Shown: positions 9,059 to 19,453, numbered from the stretch's first letter. The stretch is DNA of 64,000 nt from Oceanithermus desulfurans (GCF_014201675.1 NZ_JACHEZ010000010.1:14640-78639); one strand, 5' to 3'. Numbers and translations: made by a program. The notes: a model not told the origin generated them from the letters alone.

Positions 9059-9122
9059 CCTTTGTCCGCGGCACCGCCGGGCGGCCTGCGGGCCGCCCCT
9101 CTTCTTGGCGCTAGAGTGGGGT

Positions 9123-10298
9123 ATGCGCCCGTGGCCGCTGGGGATCCTGCTCCTCCTGGGTTTGACCCTCGCCCAGCCCGCCCAGCTGGGCCCCCGCCCC
9201 TTCTTCCTGCTCGACCGCCTGGAGCCCGGCCCGCTCCACCAGCGGCTGGCCGCCTGCGCCGCCCGCACGGAGGCCTACCCGCGCTCGCCTTTGGCCGTCG
9301 GTCACCGCGGTGCGGCGCTCTTCTTCCCCGAGCACACCCGCGAGGGCTACCTGGCGGCGGTCCGCCAGGGCGCGGGCTTCGTGGAGTGCGACGCGGTGCC
9401 CACCGCGGACGGCGCGCTCGTCTGCCGCCACTCCGACCGTGATTTGGCCGAGACCACCAGTATCCTCAGCACCCCGCTGGCCGCGAAGTGCCGCAAGCCC
9501 TTCCGGCCCGGGCGCAAGCCCGACTGCCGCACCACCGACCTGACCCTGGCCGAGTTTTTGTCGCTCGAGGGCTGGCCCGAAGGCCGCAACGAGGCCGCCC
9601 GGAAGCCCGAAGACTACTACCGCGCCGCCCCCGCCTGGCGCACCCTGGCCTACGCCCCGGGCACGGTGATGAGCCACCGTCGGTACATCGAGCTGCTCAA
9701 GCCCACCGGGGTCAACTTCATCCCCGAACTCAAGAAGGCGGACCCGCCGCCGGGGATGAGCCTGGAGGCCTACCGACGGCGGATCGTGGACGACTACCGC
9801 GAGCTGGGCGTGCCCCCCGAGCGGGTCTACCTGCAGAGCTTCGACCTGGAAGACTTGCGTTTTTGGCGCCGCTACGCCCCCGAATACGCGAAGAACGCCG
9901 TCTGGCTCGACGGCCGCTACAGGGAGCGGGGCTTCGACCCCGCACATCCCGAGCGGCTGAAGCCGAGCATGGCGGCGCTGGCCGCGGAGGGGCTGCGCTT
10001 CTTGAGCCCGCCGCTATGGGTGCTGCTGGCGCTGGACGAAGACGGCGGGATCGTGCCCTCGGCCTACGCCGGCGCGGCGCGCGCCGCGGGGCTCGAGCTG
10101 ATCCCCTGGACGCTCGAGCGCTCGGGTCCGCTCACCGGGGGCGGGGGCTGGTACTACCGGAGCGTGCGGCCGGCCATCCGCTCGGACGGCGACGTCTACC
10201 GGGTGCTCGACGTGCTGGTGAACCAGATCGGCGTCTACGCGATCTTCTCCGACTGGCCGGCCACGGTGACCTTCTTCGACGCCTGCGGGCGCCGCTGA
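9123..10298 (+). CDS. Glycerophosphodiester phosphodiesterase family protein (secreted)
   Basis: 'AVGHRGAALFFPEHTREGYLAAVRQGAGFVECDAVPTADGALVCRHS' is the GDPD HR(G)...E.D signature. Signal peptide present. Start taken at the internal ATG (MRPWPLG). Confidence 0.75.
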   Translation: MRPWPLGILLLLGLTLAQPAQLGPRPFFLLDRLEPGPLHQRLAACAARTEAYPRSPLAVGHRGAALFFPEHTREGYLAAVRQGAGFVECDAVPTADGALVCRHSDRDLAETTSILSTPLAAKCRKPFRPGRKPDCRTTDLTLAEFLSLEGWPEGRNEAARKPEDYYRAAPAWRTLAYAPGTVMSHRRYIELLKPTGVNFIPELKKADPPPGMSLEAYRRRIVDDYRELGVPPERVYLQSFDLEDLRFWRRYAPEYAKNAVWLDGRYRERGFDPAHPERLKPSMAALAAEGLRFLSPPLWVLLALDEDGGIVPSAYAGAARAAGLELIPWTLERSGPLTGGGGWYYRSVRPAIRSDGDVYRVLDVLVNQIGVYAIFSDWPATVTFFDACGRR

Positions 10299-10356
10299 GG
10301 CCTCACCCGCGGCGCGGCGCGGTTGCGTAGACTACGGTTTACACGGGAGGTAGGCG

Positions 10357-12993
10357 TTGCGACGTTGGCTTTGGCTGCTGCTGGCGCTCGGGCTGTTCGC
10401 GGCCTGTTCCGCCCCCCCGGCGGGGCTGCGCGTCAGCCCTGTGGAGGCGACGCTCGAGCCCGGGGAGGAGCTGGTCCTCACCGCCGACGGCGCCGACCCC
10501 GACGACCTGGTCTGGACCGCCGAGTACGGGACCCTGATCCCCGAAGGGGCGCAGGCCCGCTACCGCGCCCCCGACTACCCGGTGGACGACCGGATCGAGG
10601 TCGTGCGCGGCTCCAACCCCCGCGAACGCATGGAGGTGCAGGTGCACGTGCGCGGTTCGGGCGTCCTCGCGCCGCGCGTCCGCGTCCGCAGCGACCTCGC
10701 CCTCCTCTTCACGCGCGCCGGGGAGGAGCGCGAGCTGGCGGTGGTGGTCTACGACGCCGCCGGCCGGCCCGACCCCGAGGCCGCGGTCCAGTTCAGCAGC
10801 GACGACCCCGACCGGGTGACCGTGGAGGCGACGGGCCCGCAGACCGCGCGGGTGCGCGCGCTGGTGAACGAACCGGGCACGGTGCGGCTGCGGATCCGCG
10901 CGCAGGACGCCGAAGCCTACGCCTGGGCGGTGACGGCGGAGCTGCGGCCCGAGGCGGTGCGGCTCGAGGACGGCTGGATCCTGGGCGCGACCTGGGACCC
11001 CGATGCCCTCGCCTGGACGGAGATCGTCCTCGAGCGGACCCCGGAGACCGAGGCCCTGCGCCCGGGCCAGGTCGTCTTCAGCGGCGACCGCGCCGGCGTC
11101 TGGGGGCGCGTCGAAGCGGTCCGCACCGAGGGGGGGCGGGTGGCGCTGGAGCTGGGCCCCGCGGGGCTGAGCGACGTCTTCTGGAACCTCGACTACCAAG
11201 CGGAGCTGCCCCCCTACCCGGTGACGCTGAGCGCCGCCGGTGAGGGGGTGCGGTTGGCCCGGGGCGCCGACGGCGGGGAACGCCTGGCCCCCGGCGAACC
11301 CTGTCCGGGGCTGGAACGCGGCGCGGATGCGGGCGGTCGGATCGAGGCGCGCGCCTTTTTGGAGCTGCGCGTCGTCGACGGCGCGCTCGAAGCCGCGCGC
11401 TGGCGCCTGGCCCTCGCGGGCGAGCTCGAGGACGGGGGGTTCACCCTGGACACCCAAGCCGGCGCAGCGGGCTGCGCCCTGGCGCGGCTGCAGACCCGGC
11501 TGCCCCCGCTCTCGTGGCTGCTCTTCTCGCTGCGGCTGCGCGCCCGGCTCGAGGCCCAAAGCGCCCTGGACCCCGACCCCGCGCCCGCGCGCCTGGTCTG
11601 GCCCGCCCAGCGGGCCCGCTTCCACGCCGAGCGTGCCTGGACGGCCGCCCCGGCGCCGCCCCGCGGCCCGCTGGCCGTCGACCCTCCGGAGCTGGAGGGC
11701 GAACCCGGGATCGGCTTCGCCGCTCCCGGCCGCCTGCGGCTGCGCCTCGAGCGGCGGCTGCGGCTCAGCGGCGAGGTGCGGGCCCAGGGCACCCCGCTCG
11801 GCGAGGGAACGCTGGCCGAGCCGGGGGACGCCCTCCTCCTCACGGCCGCGCTTGAGGGGCCGCTCGACCCCGCCGACCCCGACTACCGCGGTCCCGACTG
11901 GGAGCTCAGCTGGGCCCCCGAGGCCGCCGCCGAGGCCGGCGACCTGGAGACCCTGCTCGCCGCGGTGGCCGGAGTGCGCGCGCCCGCGCCCGCCGGCTCC
12001 ACAGCCGCGCCGCTGCGGCTGGCCGGACCGCCGCGGGTCTGGGGGCACCTCGACACCGGCGGGGTACGGCGGCTCGACCTGGGCGAGGCCGCCGCCGAGC
12101 CCGCGGCCCGCTTCAGCTTCGAGGCCGACCCTCCCGAGCCCGGCCGGGTGGAGGTCTGGCTGCGGGGCGGGGCCTGCGACGATCCCGCCGACTGCTTTTC
12201 AGGGCCGCTCGAGCCCGTCGCCGTGACCGACGAACCCGACGGACCGCTCGTCTGGCGCCCCGAAAAGGACGACCGCGGGGTGTACGAGGTCTTCTTCCGC
12301 TACCGCCTGGGGGCGGTGGGGGCGCGGCACCCCTACGCGGGGCGGCCGCCGGACCCCTGGCTCCTGGTGCAGAGCCCCGACCTCCAGGGGCTGCCGCTCG
12401 CGCTCGAGCTGCACGGCGCGCCCGGCGGAACGGCGACGGGGGTGCTGCGCTACCGCAACGCCGCCCTCGGCGGCGTCTTCCCGGACGGGACGCCGGCCCA
12501 ACTCACCAGCACCCTCTGGGTCTGGACGCCCCGCGAAGGGGTGGTGCGGGCGCAGCCGCGCAAGCTGGCCCTCGCCGCGGGGCTATGGGGGTACCAGCGG
12601 CTCAGCGCCGACTGCCCGGAAGCCGCCGGCCGCTTCGCGGCCGCGCTGCCCCTGTACACCAACGACCCGGAGCTGCCTGCCGTCGTCGTGCCCGTCGACG
12701 TCGTCTGCGAGCCGGGGCCGCGGGCCGTTCCCTGGCTCGAGGTCGACCGCAACGGGGGGGCGGCTTCGCTGGCCGTCACCTTCCGGCTGGGTGTGCGGGC
12801 GCCCCCCGGCGCAGCCACCGCCTGCGCGCTGGACTTCGGCGACGGCAGCCCGCCGCGCAGCTGGCCGGAGGGCTGCCCCGCGCAGCTGGACGTCCGCCAC
12901 GTCTACGAGCGCCCCGGCTTCTACCGCGCGGTCCTCTGGCTGATCGGCGGTGGCGGCGAGGACCTGGCCGCGGTCGAGCTGCGCGTCGACTGA
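10357..12993 (+). CDS. Large secreted/surface lipoprotein (878 aa) with Ig-like/BIG repeats and a C-terminal PKD-like domain
   Basis: Signal peptide with lipobox ('LFAACSAPPAG'). Repetitive beta-rich sequence. 'LDFGDGSP' PKD-like motif near the C-terminus. TTG start. Confidence 0.6.
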   Translation: MRRWLWLLLALGLFAACSAPPAGLRVSPVEATLEPGEELVLTADGADPDDLVWTAEYGTLIPEGAQARYRAPDYPVDDRIEVVRGSNPRERMEVQVHVRGSGVLAPRVRVRSDLALLFTRAGEERELAVVVYDAAGRPDPEAAVQFSSDDPDRVTVEATGPQTARVRALVNEPGTVRLRIRAQDAEAYAWAVTAELRPEAVRLEDGWILGATWDPDALAWTEIVLERTPETEALRPGQVVFSGDRAGVWGRVEAVRTEGGRVALELGPAGLSDVFWNLDYQAELPPYPVTLSAAGEGVRLARGADGGERLAPGEPCPGLERGADAGGRIEARAFLELRVVDGALEAARWRLALAGELEDGGFTLDTQAGAAGCALARLQTRLPPLSWLLFSLRLRARLEAQSALDPDPAPARLVWPAQRARFHAERAWTAAPAPPRGPLAVDPPELEGEPGIGFAAPGRLRLRLERRLRLSGEVRAQGTPLGEGTLAEPGDALLLTAALEGPLDPADPDYRGPDWELSWAPEAAAEAGDLETLLAAVAGVRAPAPAGSTAAPLRLAGPPRVWGHLDTGGVRRLDLGEAAAEPAARFSFEADPPEPGRVEVWLRGGACDDPADCFSGPLEPVAVTDEPDGPLVWRPEKDDRGVYEVFFRYRLGAVGARHPYAGRPPDPWLLVQSPDLQGLPLALELHGAPGGTATGVLRYRNAALGGVFPDGTPAQLTSTLWVWTPREGVVRAQPRKLALAAGLWGYQRLSADCPEAAGRFAAALPLYTNDPELPAVVVPVDVVCEPGPRAVPWLEVDRNGGAASLAVTFRLGVRAPPGAATACALDFGDGSPPRSWPEGCPAQLDVRHVYERPGFYRAVLWLIGGGGEDLAAVELRVD

Positions 12994-12996
12994 GCC

Positions 12997-15261
12997 TCAG
13001 ACCCGCAGGTGCACCACGGTGACGCCGTGGCCGCCCTCGTTCGGCATGGCGTCGTGGAAGCGCTCGACGCGCTTGTCATGACGCAGGAAGTTTTGGATCT
13101 CGCGGCGCAGCACCCCGGTGCCCTTGCCGTGCAGGATGCGCACCGGGGAGTTGCCGGTGGCCACGGCCTCGGCAAGGAAGTCGTGGACGGCCTCGACCGC
13201 CTCGGCTGCGGTCAGGCCGCGCACGTTCAGCTCGGTTTCGAACCCCGACTCGACGACGACCGCCTGCTTGGGGCGGGGCGCGCCCTCGCCGCGGGGCCGC
13301 AGCTCCGCGGTGGGCACGCGGATCTTGACCTGGCCGATCTGCACCAGCGTCTCCTCGCCCTCGACGCGCACCACCCGCCCCTTCTGGCGGTAGCTGGGCA
13401 CCTCGACGAGCATCCCCGGCTCCAGCCCCGGCAGCGGGTTCGTCCCCGCCGCCGGGCGCGGCTTGGTGCGCTCGCGAATCTTCATCACCTCGCGCAGGGC
13501 GTCGCGCTTCTGCGACCCGCCCTTGCGCGCCTTTGCCCGCAGCTCGCGGATCTGGCGGTGGGCCTCCTCGAGCATGCGGTCCACCTCGGCGCGGGCCGCG
13601 GCGAGCAGCGCCGCGCGCTCGCGCTCGATCCCCTCGAGGCGCGCTTGCAGCTCGCCGCGGGCGGTCTCGGCCTCGCGCCGCGTCCGCTCGGCCGCGGCCA
13701 GACGCGCTTCCAGCTCGGTCTGCTGCCGCTCCAGGCGCTCGAGCAGCTCCTCCACCCGCGCCCCGCCCTCGCCCAGGAAGCGTTCGGCGGCGCGCAGCAC
13801 CTCCTCGTCGAGCCCCAGGCGACGGGCAACGGCCAGCGCGTAGCTGCGCCCCGGCAGGCCGACCTGCAGGCGGAAGGTGGGGCGGAACTCTTCGAGCACG
13901 AACCCCATGCTGGCGTTCTCGAGCCCCCCAGCCCGGCCCGCCAGCGCCTTGAGCGGCGTCAGGTGGGTGGTGACGATGCCCCGCGCCCCCTTCTCGAGCA
14001 GCCGCAGGATCACCGCCTGGGCCAGCGCCGCGCCTTCCTCGGGGTCGGTGCCCGACCCCAGCTCGTCGACGAGCACCAGGGCGTCGGGGGCGGCGGACCC
14101 GAGGATGCGGTCGAGCTTCTTCAGGTGGGCGGCGAAGGTGGAGAGCCCGCCCTCGAGGCTCTGCTCGTCGCCGATGTCGACCTCGAGCCGGCGCACCCAA
14201 CCCAGCTCGGCCGCCTCGGCGGCGACGAACAGCCCCGCCTGATGCATGAGCACCGCCAGGCCCAGGGTCTTGAGCAGCACGGTCTTGCCCCCCATGTTGG
14301 GGCCGGTGACGAGGAGGATGCGGGTGCGCTCGTCCAGGTGCAGGTCGTTGGGCACCGGGTCCTCGAGCAGCGGGTGGCGCGCCCCCACGAGGTGGTAGCG
14401 GCCGGGCGGACCGTCCTGTGCCGGCGCCAGCCCCCAGTCCTCGGCCAGCAGGGCGGCGGCGCGCACCGCGTCCAGCCAGGCCAGCGCCTCGAGCGTGGCC
14501 TCGAGCTCGGCGTCGCCGGCGAGGAGGCCCGCCAGCTCGGCCAGCACCTTGAGGACCTCGGCCTCCTCCTCCAGCCGCAGCTGCGCGAGCTCGTTGTTCA
14601 GCGGCACCACCGAGGCCGGCTCCATGAAGACGGTCGCCCCGGTGTCGGACTGGGCCAGCACGATTCCCCCGATCTGGCGCTGCTGCTGGGCGCGCACGGG
14701 GATGACGTAGCGGTCGCGCCGCAGCGTCACGTAGCGCTCCTGCACGGCCTCGGGGTGGGCGTCCATCACCGCCTCGAGCCGCTTGATGATGCGCTCGCGC
14801 AAGGGGTTCAGGCTGCGGCGGATGCGCTTCAGCTTGGGGGTGGCGTCGTCCTTCACCTCGCCGGCCTCGTCGAGCGACTCGGCCACCCGCCGGCGGAAGA
14901 GCGCGTGCTCCCCGATGCCGGCGGCGACGCGCGCCAGCTCGCCCTCGCCGGCGGCGAGGATCTCGCGCTTGAGCTCGGCGGCGCGTTCCAGCGTGGCCGC
15001 GGCCTCCACCAGCTCGGCCCCCTCGGGCCGCTCGCCGCGGCGGATCCGCTCGAGCAGCGGCCGGGGGTCGAAGACCCCGCCCAGGCGGTAGCCCAGCGCG
15101 ACCGCCTCCTGGGTGGCCCGGCGGAAGCGCGCGGCCTCCTCGGGGGTGGGCAGCGGCCCCCAGGCGCGCACCCGGTCCTCCCCCATGCGCGTGGCGACCC
15201 GCTCCGCCAGCGCCCGGCGGATGCGTTCGAAGTCGAGGGTTTGCAGCGTGTCGTCCGTCAC
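12997..15261 (-). CDS. mutS2: Endonuclease MutS2 (MutS domain + C-terminal Smr domain)
   Basis: 'VTGPNMGGKT' Walker A, 'LVLVDELGSGTDPEEG' Walker B, C-terminal Smr ('ELNVRGLTAAEA...ILHGKGTGVLR'). Confidence 0.9.
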   Translation of the reverse strand: MTDDTLQTLDFERIRRALAERVATRMGEDRVRAWGPLPTPEEAARFRRATQEAVALGYRLGGVFDPRPLLERIRRGERPEGAELVEAAATLERAAELKREILAAGEGELARVAAGIGEHALFRRRVAESLDEAGEVKDDATPKLKRIRRSLNPLRERIIKRLEAVMDAHPEAVQERYVTLRRDRYVIPVRAQQQRQIGGIVLAQSDTGATVFMEPASVVPLNNELAQLRLEEEAEVLKVLAELAGLLAGDAELEATLEALAWLDAVRAAALLAEDWGLAPAQDGPPGRYHLVGARHPLLEDPVPNDLHLDERTRILLVTGPNMGGKTVLLKTLGLAVLMHQAGLFVAAEAAELGWVRRLEVDIGDEQSLEGGLSTFAAHLKKLDRILGSAAPDALVLVDELGSGTDPEEGAALAQAVILRLLEKGARGIVTTHLTPLKALAGRAGGLENASMGFVLEEFRPTFRLQVGLPGRSYALAVARRLGLDEEVLRAAERFLGEGGARVEELLERLERQQTELEARLAAAERTRREAETARGELQARLEGIERERAALLAAARAEVDRMLEEAHRQIRELRAKARKGGSQKRDALREVMKIRERTKPRPAAGTNPLPGLEPGMLVEVPSYRQKGRVVRVEGEETLVQIGQVKIRVPTAELRPRGEGAPRPKQAVVVESGFETELNVRGLTAAEAVEAVHDFLAEAVATGNSPVRILHGKGTGVLRREIQNFLRHDKRVERFHDAMPNEGGHGVTVVHLRV

Positions 15262-15338
15262 GGCGTTACCATCCTTAACTATACCGTTTCGAGTTTTTCA
15301 TCCTTTACTCCCGAAAAAGGCCCTATACTGAGCGCAGC

Positions 15339-16316
15339 ATGGAAGACGAAATCAGCTTGCGCGACCTTTACCTGATGCTCAAGCGGCAGAGCCGCTGGAT
15401 CCTGGCGGTGACCGTCCTCGTGACGGTGGCGGTCTTCGCCGTGAGCAGCCTCTGGCCGCCCACCTACGAGAGCGAGGCCGTGGCCCAGGCGCTGGTGCTC
15501 AACCAGGACGGCAACGACCTCGGCTTTCCCGCGGCGGCCTACGTCTTCCGCACCCTGCCCGCCGGCCCCGCGCTGGGGGTCGGCTTCAACAAACAGATCG
15601 AGACCAAGGGCCCCTACGTGGCCCGGGTCGTGGGCAACGCCCCCATCGAAGCCAAGGCCCGCTTCGACGACAAGAAGAACCTGCTCACGATCACGGTGCG
15701 CGGCGGCGACCCCGAGGAGGCCTGGCAGTTCGCCCTCGACCTGCTCAGCGCCTTCGACGACTACGTCAAGGACCGCGTCTTCCAAAGCGCCGGGGCCAAC
15801 CTGGCCGGCGCGCTGGCGCAGTCGCGGCTCAAGCTCGCCTCGGTGCAGTCGCAGATCAGCGAGCTCGAGGCCTCGCTGGACAAGGTGCCGCGCGTGAACG
15901 CCGGAACCGACACCCAGACCGCGCTCGAGTCCGCGGGGGTCCCCCCCAACGTGGCCCGCGCCAGCAACCCGGCGCTCGCCTACCTGGGGCTCGAGCTCGC
16001 CAAGCAGCAGGCGCAGCTCGCCAACCTCAACGCCGAGATCGCCTCGCTCGAGGCCCTGGCGGGCGACCCGGCCCAGCTGCGGCGGCTCAGCGAGCAGGTC
16101 GCTCAGGTGAACGTGCTCAGCCCGCCGGCCGTTCCCAAGGAGCCCGTCGCCCCCCGGGTGCTGCTCAACACCGCGCTCGCCGCCGTGCTCACGCTGATGC
16201 TCGCCGTCTTCCTCGCCTTCCTGCGCGAGGCGGTGGCCGCCGAGCCCGGGGTCAACGCAGCACCTGCCCCGGCTTCACGCTTAGAGCCCGACGAAGCGGC
16301 AACCACGCCGAAATAA
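15339..16316 (+). CDS. Wzz/GumC-like polysaccharide chain-length determinant family protein (two TM segments)
   Basis: N-terminal TM after 'LYLMLKRQSRWIL', a coiled-coil periplasmic region, and a C-terminal TM 'LLNTALAAVLTLMLAVFLAFL'. Confidence 0.6.
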   Translation: MEDEISLRDLYLMLKRQSRWILAVTVLVTVAVFAVSSLWPPTYESEAVAQALVLNQDGNDLGFPAAAYVFRTLPAGPALGVGFNKQIETKGPYVARVVGNAPIEAKARFDDKKNLLTITVRGGDPEEAWQFALDLLSAFDDYVKDRVFQSAGANLAGALAQSRLKLASVQSQISELEASLDKVPRVNAGTDTQTALESAGVPPNVARASNPALAYLGLELAKQQAQLANLNAEIASLEALAGDPAQLRRLSEQVAQVNVLSPPAVPKEPVAPRVLLNTALAAVLTLMLAVFLAFLREAVAAEPGVNAAPAPASRLEPDEAATTPK

Positions 16317-17379
16317 GCACGGTCCCGAACGCGAGCCCGCTGACCCAGACGAAGTCGGCGGGCTGAATCTGCACCGGCAACTGGGTGATGAAGTAGAGCT
16401 CGCCGGGAATCGTCACCGGCCGCAGGGCGAAGTAGCTCGAAAGCGCCCAGCCCAGCAGGTCGCCCAGGACCACCCCGGCCCCGCCCAGCAGCACCGCCTC
16501 GAGCGCGAAGGCCCCGGCCACCTGGCCCGCGCCGGCGCCGAGGACGCGCAGGATGGCGATGTCCGCCTTCTTCTCGAGGACGACCAGGACGAGCACGTTG
16601 GCGATGCCCAGCGCCGCCACGACGACGATGAGGAAGACGACGATGCCGATGACCCTTTTCTGCAGGGCGAGCTGCTCGATCAGGGTGCGGTTGGCGTCCT
16701 GCCAGGTCTGGGCCAGGTAGCGGCCGTCCGCCTCCAGCGCCCGCGCCACCTCCTGAGCCTTCTCGGGGTCGGCGAGGCGCAGGTGCCAGCCGCCGATGGC
16801 CCCCGGCGTCTCCAGCAGGGCCTGCACGTCGGCGATCGGCGCGAAGGCGAAGACCGAGTCGATCAGGTAGTTGCCGGTCACGAAGCGGCCGATCACGCGG
16901 AACGGCCGCCGCTGCTGGTTGACCGACAGGGCGTAGACGGTGTCGCCGGGCCAGGCCCCGAGCGAGCGGGCCAGCGCCGAGCCGAGGACCACGCCGCCCG
17001 GCGACAGCGCCTCGAGCCCCAGCCCCGGGTAGACCTGCGCCGCCCCCGGACCCACGCCGATCAGGGTCCCGAAGTCGACGCCGGCGCGCCGCCCCTCGCC
17101 GGCGCGGCGGGTGAGCAGCGCCTTGGCGATCAGCACCGGCGTTTCCGCGACGATCTCGGGGTGTTCGGGGCGGGGCGCGTCCTCGGGGTCGAGCGCCGTC
17201 AGGGTCACGTGCGGCACCGCGCGCAGGGTCGCCTCGATCAACCCCGCGGTGAAGCCGTTGGTGAGCGAGAGCGCCGTGGTCAGCACGGCCACGCCCGCGG
17301 CCACCCCCAGCACCGTGATCAGACTCTGGGTTTTTCGGTAGGTCAGGTGCTTGAGGGCCAGGAACCAGGCGAAACGCAC
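16252..17379 (-). CDS. ABC transporter permease, FtsX/LolC/E family
   Basis: 375 aa. Has an N-terminal TM, a large periplasmic domain, and the C-terminal FtsX 3-TM block ('IVVFLIVVVAALGIANVLVLVVLEKKADIAILRVLGA'). Confidence 0.8.
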   Translation of the reverse strand: MRFAWFLALKHLTYRKTQSLITVLGVAAGVAVLTTALSLTNGFTAGLIEATLRAVPHVTLTALDPEDAPRPEHPEIVAETPVLIAKALLTRRAGEGRRAGVDFGTLIGVGPGAAQVYPGLGLEALSPGGVVLGSALARSLGAWPGDTVYALSVNQQRRPFRVIGRFVTGNYLIDSVFAFAPIADVQALLETPGAIGGWHLRLADPEKAQEVARALEADGRYLAQTWQDANRTLIEQLALQKRVIGIVVFLIVVVAALGIANVLVLVVLEKKADIAILRVLGAGAGQVAGAFALEAVLLGGAGVVLGDLLGWALSSYFALRPVTIPGELYFITQLPVQIQPADFVWVSGLAFGTVLISAWLPLRRALSVKPGQVLR

Positions 17380-17388
17380 GCCCTCACT

Positions 17389-17823
17389 CTACCGCCCGCG
17401 CTGGAGCACGGTGATGCGGACCCGCCGCACCCCCCACTTGAGCGCGAGCGAGCGGTCGGGCATCCAGACGTCGATCTGCTGCCGCTTGCGCTTGTGCATG
17501 GTGTCCTCGACGACGAAGACGACGTCCTTGAGCATGGCGTCGAAACGGCCCTTGCCGCGGCCGGTGCGCCATTCGCCCAGGTCCTCGATCTTGACCTTGG
17601 AGCCGTAGGGGAGGTCGGAACCGAGCAGGTCGCGGCTCACCGCGATGATGCCGAAGCGCGTCCGCGCCCCGGTGGCGGTGACGAACGGGGTCGAGTCGGT
17701 CTCGCGCACCGACGAGGTGTACGCGGTCGCCTTAAGCACGAGCACTTCGGGCCCCGACGCCTGCACGCCCAGCGGCAACGCCACGGCGAGCGCAAGCAGA
17801 GCCAGCGTTCGTATCCACCGCAT
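17389..17823 (-). CDS. Secreted 3D-domain (MltA-like, YuiC-type) protein
   Basis: Signal peptide; 'TAYTSSVRETDSTPFVTATGARTRFGIIAVSRDLLG...VKIEDLG' is the 3D domain. Start taken at MRWIRT. Confidence 0.65.
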   Translation of the reverse strand: MRWIRTLALLALAVALPLGVQASGPEVLVLKATAYTSSVRETDSTPFVTATGARTRFGIIAVSRDLLGSDLPYGSKVKIEDLGEWRTGRGKGRFDAMLKDVVFVVEDTMHKRKRQQIDVWMPDRSLALKWGVRRVRITVLQRGR

Positions 17824-18009
17824 ACCCCTCACCTCCAAACGAAAGTGTAGAAAAAAACAAATAAATTGTTTAAGAGCCGGACGCAGATTTTCTCATCTTG
17901 GCGGTTTCGGCGCGGTCCTCCTCCGGGCCGGCCGCGGCGGACGCGTCCCCGACGGTGCTCACCGGCCATGCTAGACTGCGGCTAGGTTAAGGAGGAGGCG
18001 CGCATTCTC

Positions 18010-18675
18010 ATGAAGACGTCGCGGCACGGCTGGCTCGGACTCGCCCTGGTGGCGCTGGGGGTGCTCTACCTGGTGGGGCGGCCGCCCGGGGGCCCGGGCT
18101 GGCTGTGGGGCCTGCTGGGCGGCGGCCTCTTCCTGCTGCTGGCCCGGCGCGGCGCCCCGGCCGAAGCCGCGGGCCTCGGCAGCCTCCTGGTCGGCTGGGC
18201 GCTGGGGGCGCTGGCCGCCGACGCCACCGGCCTCGAGTCCCTCAAGCTGGTGGGGGCGGGGCTGGGGCTGGGGCTCTGGGGCGGCCTCGAGCGGCGGGAG
18301 CTCGCGACCTGGGGCGGCGGAGCCCTCCTCGCCGCGGGGGCGCTGGTCTTCTTCTGGGAGTCCCCCGGAGGGCTGTTCGTGGCCCTGGCGCTGCTGGCCT
18401 TCGGAGCCTACCTGCTGCTGCGGCCGCCGGCGCCGGCTCCTGCGGCCGCGGCGCGAACAGGCGCGGCGGTCTTCCGCGCCCTGGCCCGCTGGCGCAGCCT
18501 CCGCGCCGCCGAGCTGGGCACCGTCAACACCGAGGTGCTCTCCGACGCCGAGCTGGGCTGCCTGGCCGCGCTGGACGACCCCCGAAACCCCAAGCTCGTG
18601 GCGGGCTGCCTGGAAAAAGGCGGCGCCGAACGCGCCGCCGAGATCGTGCAGGTGATCGAAAAGGTCAGGGGATGA
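18010..18675 (+). CDS. Integral membrane protein, hypothetical
   Basis: Multiple Gly/Leu-rich TM segments; 221 aa. Confidence 0.5.
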   Translation: MKTSRHGWLGLALVALGVLYLVGRPPGGPGWLWGLLGGGLFLLLARRGAPAEAAGLGSLLVGWALGALAADATGLESLKLVGAGLGLGLWGGLERRELATWGGGALLAAGALVFFWESPGGLFVALALLAFGAYLLLRPPAPAPAAAARTGAAVFRALARWRSLRAAELGTVNTEVLSDAELGCLAALDDPRNPKLVAGCLEKGGAERAAEIVQVIEKVRG

Positions 18676-19453
18676 TCACCTGCAGGGTGTACTCGCCGCT
18701 GGTGATGCCGTCGGCGCACCCCGGAAGGGTGTTGCAAAAGCCCGCGAGCGCGCCGCTGCCCTGCGCCTGGACGTAGACGAAGTCGCCGTTTTGCAGGTCG
18801 GTGAACTCCTCGCCCGGCTCGAGGACCGTCTGGGTGTCGATGCCGCGCACGACCTTGGCCCGGGCGTGCACGGTGGTGCCGCCGGCGAGCTCGAGCGTCG
18901 CCGGACCGGTCCCGGTGTAGGTCCAGGTGTCGAGCTGGCCCAGGTAGAGCAGGGCGCCGGTAGCGGTGGCGTCGAAGCTATAGGCGTTGTCCTTCGCGAT
19001 GTCGCCCTGCCGGGTGACCGCGCTGACCCGGACCATGGTGGGGTCGCCCGCCAGGTTGGTAACCTCGACGTAGGCCTTGCCGAAGTTCGCGGGCAGGTTG
19101 ACCGAGTAGACCCCGTTTGGGGTGATGCCGAGCCCCACCGCGCCCGATCCCAGCACCTCCGGCTGCGGCGCGGTGAAGTACTGCCGGCTCACCGTCTGGG
19201 CGTAGACGGCGTCGTTGGCGTCGAAGACGCGCAGGCGCAGCGAACCGGCGGCGGCGTTGGTCACGTCGGTGGCGTCGATGCGCACCGGATCCGCACCCAC
19301 CAGCAGCTCGAAGCGGGCGGACTCGCCCTCGCCCAGCACGTTCGACTCGACCGCCGGGCCGTCCACGACGATGGGCGTCCCCGGCAGGATGATGTTGATG
19401 TTGCAGGCGGACAAAAACCCCAGGAGCAACGCCCCCAGCATCCACTTCTTCAT
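18665..19453 (-). CDS. Lipoprotein, hypothetical (start at MKKWML)
   Basis: Lipobox 'LLGFLSAC'; beta-rich secreted protein. Confidence 0.55.
   Translation of the reverse strand: MKKWMLGALLLGFLSACNINIILPGTPIVVDGPAVESNVLGEGESARFELLVGADPVRIDATDVTNAAAGSLRLRVFDANDAVYAQTVSRQYFTAPQPEVLGSGAVGLGITPNGVYSVNLPANFGKAYVEVTNLAGDPTMVRVSAVTRQGDIAKDNAYSFDATATGALLYLGQLDTWTYTGTGPATLELAGGTTVHARAKVVRGIDTQTVLEPGEEFTDLQNGDFVYVQAQGSGALAGFCNTLPGCADGITSGEYTLQVIIP

Noticed and set aside
13009-15375. 788-aa plus-strand ORF opposite mutS2, and similar long antisense ORFs (10339..12048, 19581..21149, 21302..23152, 23160..25073, 54536..56227, 57076..59039, 58258..61089, 61872..63194)
   Set aside because: All lie opposite strongly motif-supported genes and translate to Arg/Gly/Ala/Pro-rich low-complexity sequence, the usual open antisense frames of roughly 70% GC DNA.
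16252-16316. 65-nt overlap between the Wzz-like gene end and the FtsX permease gene end (convergent)
   Set aside because: It most likely reflects over-extension of one ORF's C-terminus in GC-rich DNA rather than a biologically meaningful antisense overlap.
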